IMG/VR virus record: IMGVR_UViG_3300042539_001740
DNA length: 64,000 nt
Direction: 5' to 3' (one strand)
Origin: a virus
Taxonomy: Duplodnaviria; Caudoviricetes
Shown here: one piece after another, positions 16,699 through 25,795 of the stretch
Numbering within the stretch: position 1 is the stretch's first letter
How the letters are laid out: every line of letters begins with the position of its first letter
Notes under the pieces: model-generated
Seen by the model: only the letters and a program-made list of their open reading frames with translations
What the model was told of the DNA's origin: nothing
Databases searched by the model: none
Translations under genes and position numbers: made by a program

Positions 16699-17105
16699 AC
16701 TATTTGATATATGTTAATGAATTAGGTCCGAATTATAAAGGTGATAACATTTACGAGTTTATATTTAGTGATAATATTACTGATGTTTGGGGTGAAATGT
16801 GGGAATCAAAACCATCTAATGGTTATCCACTACCACCTGATTTAGAACATATAAAAAAAGTAGGTGTTTTAAAAAATGATAAAATTTCTCTATCAGTCAT
16901 ACAAAAATCAGATTATTTTTCAATGATTGATGCAATAGATGATGTTGTAGCTTTAGGTTGGGAAAATGAATCTGAGTTAATTAATTTTGATTTAGTTAAA
17001 AGATTAGTTTTCAGATTTGGTGAAACTGAGGAGAATGTAAAAAATAAATTATATGAAAGGGATATAGTCCTTGAATTTGAAAAAAAATTTTCTTATGAAT
17101 CTTAA
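16695..17105 (+). CDS. Conserved hypothetical protein
   Basis: ATGA-coupled ORF in the head operon. Confidence 0.7.
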   Translation: MNYLIYVNELGPNYKGDNIYEFIFSDNITDVWGEMWESKPSNGYPLPPDLEHIKKVGVLKNDKISLSVIQKSDYFSMIDAIDDVVALGWENESELINFDLVKRLVFRFGETEENVKNKLYERDIVLEFEKKFSYES

Positions 17106-18168
17106 TAATAAAGTTGGATTTTTATTGGATATTGGTCTCACTCCTGATTTTATTGTATCATTAAATGAAAGTACAATAAACGCATTGTATGAAAGAATGA
17201 ACAAAAAAAAGGTTGAGGAACAAACAACACAACCTATTAATGCGACCAAATCAACAAAGACAACTGACATCTACACATTGAATCCTGGTGGGTCAATGGA
17301 CGTAAAAAACGCTGTAGTATCAAACAAGGATGGGAAAACTACTGTTGAAATGATGGAGGATGATAAGTTAGATGAAAAATTCGAGTCAAAAGCACAACAA
17401 GGATTATTTTGGGCTCGTTGTAACAAATGTAAAAGTGATGATTGTAAATGGTGTAAAATGGCTAAAGAATTTTCTAAGAGTACATCAAAGAAACAATATA
17501 AAAATATGCCAGAAAAAAAACATCCTGAAAAAACAGTAAAATACAAAAAGAAGGAAACTAAGGAGAATTTCACGATGGCAAACTATTTGGAAAAAATAGG
17601 TTCTGTTGCGGCATCTCAAATGGGAAAAAATGTTAATAAGTCGATGAGACCAACGTTTGAAAATTTTATGACAGAAAAGAATTTGGATAAATTGGTTAAA
17701 GAATCATTACAACCAACTATAACTAAAAAGGATTTATTAGGTTTATTAAAAAATAGAATTAACGAGGATTTCTATTTCGGTGAATCCGAAATGTTAGAAG
17801 ATTTTGAATTTATGGCAGAACCTGGTGTAAAAGAACCAGTAACAAAACCTAAAACTCCAACTGAAAAACCTAAGGAAAAACCAAGAAGAAAACCATCACG
17901 TGAAACACCATACGAAAACCCTGAGACAAGACCTCAAGGGGAAGATGAAGATTTTGATTTGGATATGATGGACTTTGAATTTATGTCTGAACCAGGTGTA
18001 AAAGAACCTGCTACCAAACCAAAAACCCCAACAGAAAAACCAAAAGAAAAACCAAGAAGAAAACCTGAAAGAATTACGCCATACGAAAATCCTGAAACAA
18101 GACCTCAAGGGAAAGAAGAATTTGATTTTGTGATGGAAAAACTTTATAATAAATTAAAAAAGAAGTAA
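17095..18168 (+). CDS. Multidomain head-region protein with Cys4 cluster and 57-aa duplication (likely start ATG 17095)
   Basis: KFESKAQQGLFWARCNKCKSDDCKWCKMAKEF...MPEKKH and a duplicated Pro/Lys-rich C-terminus. Confidence 0.7.
   Translation: MNLNNKVGFLLDIGLTPDFIVSLNESTINALYERMNKKKVEEQTTQPINATKSTKTTDIYTLNPGGSMDVKNAVVSNKDGKTTVEMMEDDKLDEKFESKAQQGLFWARCNKCKSDDCKWCKMAKEFSKSTSKKQYKNMPEKKHPEKTVKYKKKETKENFTMANYLEKIGSVAASQMGKNVNKSMRPTFENFMTEKNLDKLVKESLQPTITKKDLLGLLKNRINEDFYFGESEMLEDFEFMAEPGVKEPVTKPKTPTEKPKEKPRRKPSRETPYENPETRPQGEDEDFDLDMMDFEFMSEPGVKEPATKPKTPTEKPKEKPRRKPERITPYENPETRPQGKEEFDFVMEKLYNKLKKK
17800..18120 (+). repeat. Two-copy ~171-nt intragenic duplication
   Basis: DFEFM(A/S)EPGVKEP(V/A)TKPKTPTEKPKEKPRRKP...TPYENPETRPQG at 17800 and 17971. 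Confidence 0.9.
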
Positions 18169-19313
18169 TGAAAAAAAATTGGTTATTTGAAGCACCGATT
18201 AGTGACTACTTACCTGATGATGTAAAAAACAGAATAGAACGAACAGCTAAAAATCTGTACGACAATCCTGAAAACAAAGCACCAAGTTCACAAGAATTCA
18301 CATCTTTAATGTTTGGGTTACCAAATATAGAATCAAGTCACAAAAGTGATTTACAAGATTTAGCTTTAGTTACATTTTTTAATATGTACCCTCATATAAA
18401 AAATGGGGTTGATAATGGTAAAATAAAGGTAAATGCAATTTTAGGTCAAGGTAGTGGTGGTAGAAGATTATCTCAAGAAATACCTACAACAAAAATAGAA
18501 AAGGCAAAACAAGTAGATTCATCATTTGACGAAAGAATAAAACAAAGACATATACAAAATGCTTTAACACAAGGAGCTGCTTGGAGGGATGGATTTAATG
18601 CTGTTAACAATATTGAGGATGAATTAAATTCGATTGACCCAAGATTAGTTGACTTATACAAAAAGTTCGGTTCGGGGGCTTCTCGTTTTTATTGGGAAAA
18701 CACGGCACAATTAGAAAGAATGGCTCAAAGTGTTACAGGGAGAGTCGCATATTGTGATGTCTATTTAGATAAAAATGGGGTTTGGATTATTGATGCTGCC
18801 GCACCAAATTTTCCTTTACTTATGCACGAATTGGTTAAAGGGGCGAGATATTATGATTCTATTTTCACATTACCTAAAAACAAAGAAGTGGGTGATACAA
18901 TTATGGGTGTAGCTGATGCCCACAAACACGAAATCAAAAATATGAATTATGGTAGAGCCCTAATAGAACAATTAAGATTTTTATGGGATATGGAACTTGA
19001 TGGTTATTCATATGAAATTGAACCCGATTTATTATTGATGTTGGCTCAAGAATTTGAGGGGAAACCTGATGATTACAATAAAATGATGTTAGGGGTTTTT
19101 AAAAATGACAAAGAACAAATCGATAGATTTTTAGATTTGTCACAAGAAATTATAGATGATATTAATTACGAAAAGAAAAAAGAAAAACCATTAGAAAAAA
19201 TGAAGTTTGAAAAGAAGAAACCAATTGAACCAGAGGAAAAAGAAGATGATGATGACGATTTCAATCCCGATGATTGGGATACATTCGATTTTGATGATGA
19301 AGATGAAGATTAA
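18168..19313 (+). CDS. Hypothetical protein with acidic tail
   Basis: ORF track; WLFE-AP N-terminal site. Confidence 0.7.
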   Translation: MKKNWLFEAPISDYLPDDVKNRIERTAKNLYDNPENKAPSSQEFTSLMFGLPNIESSHKSDLQDLALVTFFNMYPHIKNGVDNGKIKVNAILGQGSGGRRLSQEIPTTKIEKAKQVDSSFDERIKQRHIQNALTQGAAWRDGFNAVNNIEDELNSIDPRLVDLYKKFGSGASRFYWENTAQLERMAQSVTGRVAYCDVYLDKNGVWIIDAAAPNFPLLMHELVKGARYYDSIFTLPKNKEVGDTIMGVADAHKHEIKNMNYGRALIEQLRFLWDMELDGYSYEIEPDLLLMLAQEFEGKPDDYNKMMLGVFKNDKEQIDRFLDLSQEIIDDINYEKKKEKPLEKMKFEKKKPIEPEEKEDDDDDFNPDDWDTFDFDDEDED

Positions 19314-19318
19314 CTTAC

Positions 19319-19350
19319 AAACCCCCATTTATAATTAAGTGGGGGTTTTT
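19319..19350 (+). terminator. Rho-independent terminator
   Basis: AAACCCCCA/TGGGGGTTT stem followed by a T run. Confidence 0.75.
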
Positions 19351-19372
19351 ATATTTATATAAAATACAATTT

Positions 19373-21136
19373 ATGAGTTTAACAAAAGAACAAGTAATGA
19401 TAGAATATGTAAGATGTATGAAAGATACACCTTACGCATTAAGAACATACCTTGAAACATATGACAACACAGTTTCAAAATATGTCCCACTAGAGTTGTT
19501 TCCTGACCAAATATCATTATTAAATGACTACGAGGAATACAATGAAAATATTGCCTTGAAGTACAGACAAGCAGGAGTATCAACAGTTACGGCAGCATGG
19601 ATATCTAAAAGAATAGCGTTTGCTAAAAAAACAAAACCTGAAAAGATTTTGATTATCGCAAATAAACTAGATACTTCTATGGAAATGGCCAATAAAATCA
19701 GGATGTTTATTGGACAATGGCCATCTTGGGTTGGTATTGATTTTTCAAGTGATAAAAATTCACAAAAACACTATAAAACAAATAATGGTTGTGAGGTAAA
19801 AGCTGTTGCTACCTCTAAGGATGCCCTACGTGGTTTCACACCAACAATTCTTGTATTTGATGAAGCTGCGTTCATTGATGCAGATTCTGACTTCTGGGCA
19901 GCTTGTATGGCCTCACTTTCTACTGGTGGTAAAGTTATTGTGGTGTCAACACCAAATGGTTATGACCCAATTTATTATGAAATATATAATCAGGCACATA
20001 GAAATATGAATGATTTCAAAATATCTGAAATGTTTTGGTACAGAGACCCAAGATATACAAAAGATTTATTTTTAGTTAAAACTCAAGATACTATTCACTA
20101 CCTTCTAAACAAAGAAGAATATCCTAAAGATGAAATTATTAGTTGGGAAACTATACCATTTGAAGAAAGAAATTTTGAGGAACTCAAGTTGATAATGGAT
20201 TCAGGTTATAAACCTTGTTCTTCTTGGTTTGAAGGTATGGTTAAAAAATTGAAATATGATAAAAGAAAAGTATCACAAGAGTTAGAGTGTAACTTCCTTG
20301 GTTCAGGTGATAACGTTTTTGATTCACTATTGATGCAAAGGGTAAAAGAGAATATGATTAGAGAACCCCAAAATAAAATGATTGGTAACTCTTTATGGAT
20401 TTGGAAAGAACCTGTGATGGGTCACAAATATGTGATGGGTGTGGATGTGAGTAGAGGGGATAGTGAGGACTTTAGTTCATTTCAAATTATTGACTTTGAT
20501 GAAAGAGAACAAGTTGCGGAATATGTGGGTAAACTTCCACCTGATACGATGGCAGAAATTTGTTATAAGTGGGGTAATATGTATAATTGTTTCATTGTAA
20601 TAGATATAACAGGAGGAATGGGTGTTTCAACATCTAGAAAACTTCAAGAAATGGGTTACAAAAATTTATATGTTGATGGTATTGATTTAGCCAATAAGTG
20701 GAAATATGACCCAAAGGCTTTAGAAAAGATACCGGGTTTAAATTTCAACAACAAACGTGTACAAATTATAGCATCATTTGAGGAAGCTATGAGACATCAG
20801 TTTAAAATTTATAGTTTACGATTATTCAATGAAATGAATACATTCGTATATGTAAATGGAAGACCAGACCATCAAAAGGGTCAACACGATGATTTAATTA
20901 TGTCAATTGCAATGGCAACTTATGTTGCGGAATCATCATTCAGTAGTTTAGAAAAGGTGACCGAACAAACTAAAGCTATGTTAGAATCTTGGTCTGTTAC
21001 TAACAATGAAACTGCAGCTAAACAGATTGATTTCAATCCCGTGATACCTTTTGGAACTGAGAGAATTAATCAAAGAAATCAAAACGCAAGTAAGGAGGAC
21101 TATATGAAATACTCTTGGTTATTCGGAGGTAGATAA
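19373..21136 (+). CDS. gp17: Terminase large subunit (T4 gp17-like)
   Basis: LKYRQAGVST Walker A variant, ILVFDEAAF Walker B, VSTPNG, QELECNFLG, nuclease MGVDVS and HDDLIMS. Confidence 0.93.
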   Translation: MSLTKEQVMIEYVRCMKDTPYALRTYLETYDNTVSKYVPLELFPDQISLLNDYEEYNENIALKYRQAGVSTVTAAWISKRIAFAKKTKPEKILIIANKLDTSMEMANKIRMFIGQWPSWVGIDFSSDKNSQKHYKTNNGCEVKAVATSKDALRGFTPTILVFDEAAFIDADSDFWAACMASLSTGGKVIVVSTPNGYDPIYYEIYNQAHRNMNDFKISEMFWYRDPRYTKDLFLVKTQDTIHYLLNKEEYPKDEIISWETIPFEERNFEELKLIMDSGYKPCSSWFEGMVKKLKYDKRKVSQELECNFLGSGDNVFDSLLMQRVKENMIREPQNKMIGNSLWIWKEPVMGHKYVMGVDVSRGDSEDFSSFQIIDFDEREQVAEYVGKLPPDTMAEICYKWGNMYNCFIVIDITGGMGVSTSRKLQEMGYKNLYVDGIDLANKWKYDPKALEKIPGLNFNNKRVQIIASFEEAMRHQFKIYSLRLFNEMNTFVYVNGRPDHQKGQHDDLIMSIAMATYVAESSFSSLEKVTEQTKAMLESWSVTNNETAAKQIDFNPVIPFGTERINQRNQNASKEDYMKYSWLFGGR

Positions 21137-21155
21137 TATTTATAAAAAAAAGATT

Positions 21156-21320
21156 ATGGGATTTGTAAACAGAAAAAAAAGTGGAGATAAGAAATTCAAT
21201 GGGTCAAAATTGAATGTTCCAGGTCAGGGTATATCAACTACAAAAATTAGTCCTCCTGATAAAGTCCCATTCAAAAACAATAATACGAATAGTACAACTA
21301 ATAATAATACATCAAATTAG
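21156..21320 (+). CDS. 54-aa basic/Asn-rich peptide (not in ORF track)
   Basis: MGFVNRKKSGDKKFNGSKLNVPGQG...; TATTTAT at 21137. Confidence 0.55.
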   Translation: MGFVNRKKSGDKKFNGSKLNVPGQGISTTKISPPDKVPFKNNNTNSTTNNNTSN

Positions 21321-21363
21321 GTAGAACTATTTAAAACAATAGAAATATATTTAAAATTTCTTT

Positions 21364-23151
21364 ATGGAAAATAATCAAAATAATTTAACAGTTTGGCAAA
21401 GATTAACACAAGCATTCGGTCCTAATGCTTTACTTAATCAAGATTACCCAACTTATAGTTTCGATAGAAAGGAGTTATTAAAAACTAAATCAAAACAAGA
21501 ATTTGATAAGGAATTACTCCAAGCACAACAAACTTACTACTTAGCAAATCAATGGACTAAGATTGAAAGTAACTTATACACTCAGGCTGTATATTACGAA
21601 CCAACTAGATTGGCTTCGTTTTATGATTATGAATCTATGGAATATACACCCGAAATATCTGCTGCGTTAGACATTTATGGTGAGGAATCTACTACGGTTG
21701 ACCAGAATGGGTATATGTTACAAATATACTCAGAATCAAAACGTATCAAGGGTATTTTAATAGATTTATTTTTGAATGTTTTAGATTTAAATACAAATCT
21801 ACCAATGTGGACTAGAAATACTTGTAAGTATGGTGATAACTTTGTCTATCTTAAACTTGACCCTGAAAAAGGAGTTGTTGGTTGTATGCAATTACCAAAT
21901 ATCGAAATTGAACGTTTGGAAAGAGGTATGCCAGCGCAAGCAAGTAGACAAAACGTAGAAGAGCCAGCTGAAAACAAAGGACTAAGATTCAAGTGGAAAG
22001 CTAAAGATATGGAATTTAATTCTTGGGAAATAGCACACTTTAGATTATTAGGTGATGATAGAAAGTTACCATATGGTACATCAATGTTAGAAAAGGCAAG
22101 GCGTATTTGGAAACAACTATTGTTATCTGAAGATGCGATGTTAATTTATAGAACATCACGTGCACCTGAAAGAAGGGTGTTCAAAGTATTCGTTGGTAAT
22201 ATGGATGATAAAGATGTTGAACCATATGTACAACGTGTTGCAAACAAGTTCAAAAGAAGTCAGGTTGTTGATTCTCAAACAGGTAATGTGGATATGAGAT
22301 TTAATCAAATGGCTGTTGACCAAGATTATTTCATTCCTGTACGTGATGCCGCTGCGGCAAGTCCGATTGATACATTACCTGGTGGTCAAAACTTAGGTGA
22401 GATTGCTGATATTGAATACATCCAAAAGAAACTACTTACTGCTTTACGTGTACCTAAAGCGTTTTTAGGTTTTGAAGAACCAGTTGGTGATGGTAAAAAT
22501 TTATCATTAATTGATATTCGTTTTGCAAGAACAATTAACAGAATCCAAAAATCTATGGTTGCTGAGTTAAATAAGATTGCGATTGTACATTTATTCCTTT
22601 TAGGTTTTGAAGATGAATTATCCAATTTTACTTTAAGTTTAACAAACCCATCGAGTCAAGCAGATTTATTAAAAATTGACATATGGAAAGAGAAGGTCGC
22701 ATTATATAAGGAATGTGTTACATCAATTGAGGGTATTGCACCAACTTCTGTTTCATGGGCTAAGAAACACGTTATGGGATTCTCTGATGAGGAAATCAAA
22801 CTTGATTTACAACAACAGAGAATTGAAAAAGCTGTAGGTGCTGAGCTTACAAATACCGCAACAATTATAACAAATACTGGTGTGTTTGATAATGTTGATA
22901 AATTATATACTCAAACAACAGGTACAACATCAGGTGGGGCACCACCACCTCCAGGAGGAGCTGAAGGGGGAACTCCACCACCAGCAGGTGGTCCTGAAGG
23001 TATGGGTGAAACATTTAACAATAGAGATAATTTAAACATATTGTTGGAAAACGAAGGGATATTTGAGGAAATGAGTTTTATTGATTTGTCCAAAGCCAAA
23101 AATTATTTGGGGGAAATGGAGAGTCAACTAAGTAAACTCCTAAAAGATTAA
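21364..23151 (+). CDS. gp20: Portal vertex protein (T4 gp20-like)
   Basis: YRTSRAPERRVFKVFVGNM, DYFIPVR, IDTLPGGQNLGEIADIEY, ALRVP. Confidence 0.95.
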   Translation: MENNQNNLTVWQRLTQAFGPNALLNQDYPTYSFDRKELLKTKSKQEFDKELLQAQQTYYLANQWTKIESNLYTQAVYYEPTRLASFYDYESMEYTPEISAALDIYGEESTTVDQNGYMLQIYSESKRIKGILIDLFLNVLDLNTNLPMWTRNTCKYGDNFVYLKLDPEKGVVGCMQLPNIEIERLERGMPAQASRQNVEEPAENKGLRFKWKAKDMEFNSWEIAHFRLLGDDRKLPYGTSMLEKARRIWKQLLLSEDAMLIYRTSRAPERRVFKVFVGNMDDKDVEPYVQRVANKFKRSQVVDSQTGNVDMRFNQMAVDQDYFIPVRDAAAASPIDTLPGGQNLGEIADIEYIQKKLLTALRVPKAFLGFEEPVGDGKNLSLIDIRFARTINRIQKSMVAELNKIAIVHLFLLGFEDELSNFTLSLTNPSSQADLLKIDIWKEKVALYKECVTSIEGIAPTSVSWAKKHVMGFSDEEIKLDLQQQRIEKAVGAELTNTATIITNTGVFDNVDKLYTQTTGTTSGGAPPPPGGAEGGTPPPAGGPEGMGETFNNRDNLNILLENEGIFEEMSFIDLSKAKNYLGEMESQLSKLLKD

Positions 23152-23172
23152 TATTTATTAATAAAAAAAATT

Positions 23173-23889
23173 ATGAAATTTGGTATAATTAAATCGAAAA
23201 TTGATAAGATTTTGTTGGAATCATTTTCCAATAAAAATGAATTTAAATCTGAACTTAAAAATTTTCAAAATACAATTTTAGAAAATAAAAATCTTACTAA
23301 ATTATTTTGGATTTATGATGAATTAAAAAATAAATCAAACATAGATAGTACGATTGTTAACGACTATGTTAATGAAACTATTAACCAATACAAAAATATT
23401 GTGAGCAAAATTAACCCAAAGAAATTGAGGAAACTTGAACTATGGGTTGAGGGTGTTGATGTTGAAAACGAATATACTGACATTGACAATTTGTTTTCTG
23501 ATAGTGTTCTAACTATTGAACAAAAAATTAATAGTAGAAAGAAAATAACAGAATCCCTTAAAAGAAAGGTTAAAAAAGAAAAAGAATCAATTAATTTACC
23601 AATATCAACAATGGTTAATATAGCAAATAAAACAATCAAAAACTACGTACAACAATTAGACGAAAACACTAAGGGTAAGTTGTTGAGATTTCTTTCTTCA
23701 GATGTTACTGAAATGGAATCTAAGTACAAAGTAGTTAAAGAAAGTGTTTTAAATAAACTAAGTAACATCAAACAAAATTCAGAAGAAGAAGTAGTCACCA
23801 AAATTGATGAAACAATTTCGAAGATTACAAATGAAAAGTTTGATAAATTGAATTTATTTAGATTGGAGGAATTGGATAATAGTATCTAA
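23173..23889 (+). CDS. Helical head-region hypothetical protein
   Basis: ORF after portal; TATTTAT at 23152. Confidence 0.7.
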   Translation: MKFGIIKSKIDKILLESFSNKNEFKSELKNFQNTILENKNLTKLFWIYDELKNKSNIDSTIVNDYVNETINQYKNIVSKINPKKLRKLELWVEGVDVENEYTDIDNLFSDSVLTIEQKINSRKKITESLKRKVKKEKESINLPISTMVNIANKTIKNYVQQLDENTKGKLLRFLSSDVTEMESKYKVVKESVLNKLSNIKQNSEEEVVTKIDETISKITNEKFDKLNLFRLEELDNSI

Positions 23890-24077
23890 TCTATTTTATT
23901 TTTGATTTTTTGAACATATTTTGCTTTGTTCAATTCAGTTCTTCTTTTGACTGAATTTTTAACAAATTCCTTTCTGTTTTTTAACTCAGTCATCAATTTG
24001 GTCTTGATAACTTTACTTTTAAAAAGTTTCAAGGCCTTTTCTATTGGTGTTTTATTATCGACTTTGATTATTAGCAT
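23886..24077 (-). CDS. rpsU: Ribosomal protein bS21 (start likely ATG 24077)
   Basis: MLIIKVD...IEKALKLFKSKV.KTKLMTELKNRKEFVKNSVKRR; position among head genes matches known bS21 phages. Confidence 0.9.
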   Translation of the reverse strand: MLIIKVDNKTPIEKALKLFKSKVIKTKLMTELKNRKEFVKNSVKRRTELNKAKYVQKIKNKID

Positions 24078-24171
24078 ATGATACAAATATTTGTTAAAAC
24101 AATTTATTTTTGACTATTAAGTAAATATCCCCTATTTTTATGAAAAAATAAACTGAAAATGTTACAAATTA

Positions 24172-24627
24172 ATGAAAAAAGGGAAAACCTCAAAAATACA
24201 AGGTTTTAAAATTGCAAAAGTTGTTTATGGTACTGTAGATTCGTTTGAATTGAACTCCATTTACCTAAACATACAAACATGGGTAGAACCAAAAGAAGAC
24301 GTAGAGAATTGGAATAGAGTTGTTTTGAATCTAAGTAGAAGTATCAAACATACAATTTATCACAATATAAACAAAGAATTATTCAACGAAAATTTTATTG
24401 TGGACTTAGATTTAAGGTCGAGTGGTATAAACTTAAATAAAAAATCTTTTCTCAACTTAGAAATAAACTTTTTTACAAAACAACCTTACTTAGATTTCAA
24501 ATCTTCTGAAATAAAGGATTGTTTGAAAAACATCACAAAAGACGTTTTCAGAGAAAACTTTCACAATAACAAATATTTTTCATTTACCTTAACCAAAAAG
24601 GATAAAAATAACTCTTCAGAAATATAA
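24172..24627 (+). CDS. Conserved hypothetical protein
   Basis: ORF divergent from bS21; TTTG-N20-TATTTTTA promoter-like element upstream. Confidence 0.7.
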   Translation: MKKGKTSKIQGFKIAKVVYGTVDSFELNSIYLNIQTWVEPKEDVENWNRVVLNLSRSIKHTIYHNINKELFNENFIVDLDLRSSGINLNKKSFLNLEINFFTKQPYLDFKSSEIKDCLKNITKDVFRENFHNNKYFSFTLTKKDKNNSSEI

Positions 24628-24666
24628 AACTATATTTGATTTATATTTATATAGTAAAATTCAAAT

Positions 24667-25389
24667 ATGAACTTAGAAGTAATCAAACCAGGACACGTGG
24701 GTAAAGGTATATTAATCGAATATGATGCAGGTTATGTTTCTCCTTCAATGGATGAAAATGCCAAAATAATAAAAGAATCTAAAAACTTTTTAGACCACTC
24801 CAAACCATTCGAATTTTATGCTGTATTACAAAAATATAACACCCCAAATCGTAATGGAAGAGTTTATCCTGAAAGAATCTTAAAAAGAGAAGCAGAAAAC
24901 TACAAAAAAATGATTGCTAAAGGTACTTCATTGTCTGAGTTAAATCACCCTGAGTCCTCCTTGATAGATTTAGATAGAGTTTCTCATATTATTACTGAAG
25001 TATGGTGGGAAGGACCTATATTGATGGGTAAACTAAAATTACTAACCTCACCAGGTTTTCACGAGAGGGGAATAGTTTCAACAAAAGGAGATATGGCTGC
25101 GAATTATCTCAGACAAGGAGTTACGTTAGGTATTTCATCTCGTGGTGTTGGTTCACTTAAAAAGGTTGGGGAACAGAATGAAGTACAAGATGACTTCGAG
25201 TTAATTTGTTTTGACTTAGTATCTTCACCATCAACACCAGGGGCTTACCTTTTTATAAATAAAGAGGATAGAGATATGTACGCTGAAAACTTAGACGAAG
25301 ATAAAAAAATGGCTATAGAAAGAAATGTTGGTGAAAAAGGTAACGCTACTCTTGATTTAATGAAAAAATTGGCTAAACTTGGGTATTAG
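24667..25389 (+). CDS. gp21: Prohead core protease (T4 gp21-like)
   Basis: NRNGRVYP, ELNHP, VSH, LGISSRGVGSL, FDLVSSPSTPGA. Confidence 0.95.
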   Translation: MNLEVIKPGHVGKGILIEYDAGYVSPSMDENAKIIKESKNFLDHSKPFEFYAVLQKYNTPNRNGRVYPERILKREAENYKKMIAKGTSLSELNHPESSLIDLDRVSHIITEVWWEGPILMGKLKLLTSPGFHERGIVSTKGDMAANYLRQGVTLGISSRGVGSLKKVGEQNEVQDDFELICFDLVSSPSTPGAYLFINKEDRDMYAENLDEDKKMAIERNVGEKGNATLDLMKKLAKLGY

Positions 25390-25413
25390 TTAAATTAAAA
25401 AAATCATTAAGAT

Positions 25414-25629
25414 ATGGAAGATGGACAAAAGTATTTTGTAGCAAAAATTGCCGAGGATTTAGTTGATGAAGAATCAGGTAAAGTAAAAAAAATAAAATTA
25501 GAAAAATTAGTTCTTGGTTACAATCCCACAGATGTTGAAGCAAAAGTAACTAAAATCTATGAGCACTATACACAAGATTGGCGTATTACCGCAATAGTCG
25601 AGAGTAAAATAGATGAAGTAATTGAATAA
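25414..25629 (+). CDS. Small conserved hypothetical protein
   Basis: ORF track. Confidence 0.7.
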   Translation: MEDGQKYFVAKIAEDLVDEESGKVKKIKLEKLVLGYNPTDVEAKVTKIYEHYTQDWRITAIVESKIDEVIE

Positions 25630-25651
25630 TTTTTTTATCTAATTAAAAAAT

Positions 25652-25678
25652 AAAGGAGGACTTTGTTCCTCCTTTTTT
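25652..25678 (+). terminator. Rho-independent terminator
   Basis: AAAGGAGGA-CTTTGT-TCCTCCTTT followed by T. Confidence 0.8.
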
Positions 25679-25795
25679 CATTTTATAGATTTTGGGGATA
25701 TTTATAAATAAACTTTTTTGGGTTTGTTTATAACTCTACAAAAGTTTTTTTAAAGTATTAACATATTTATAGAATAAAAATACAAAAAACCAAAA

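Noticed and set aside
16252-18120. Tandem repeats as a possible CRISPR array
   Set aside because: Units are in-frame coding repeats without unique spacers, and there are no cas genes.
19558-19590. Terminase Walker A lacking the canonical Lys (RQAGVST) as a sign of inactivation
   Set aside because: RQxGxST-type variants occur in T4-like terminases as I recall them, and all other ATPase and nuclease motifs are intact.
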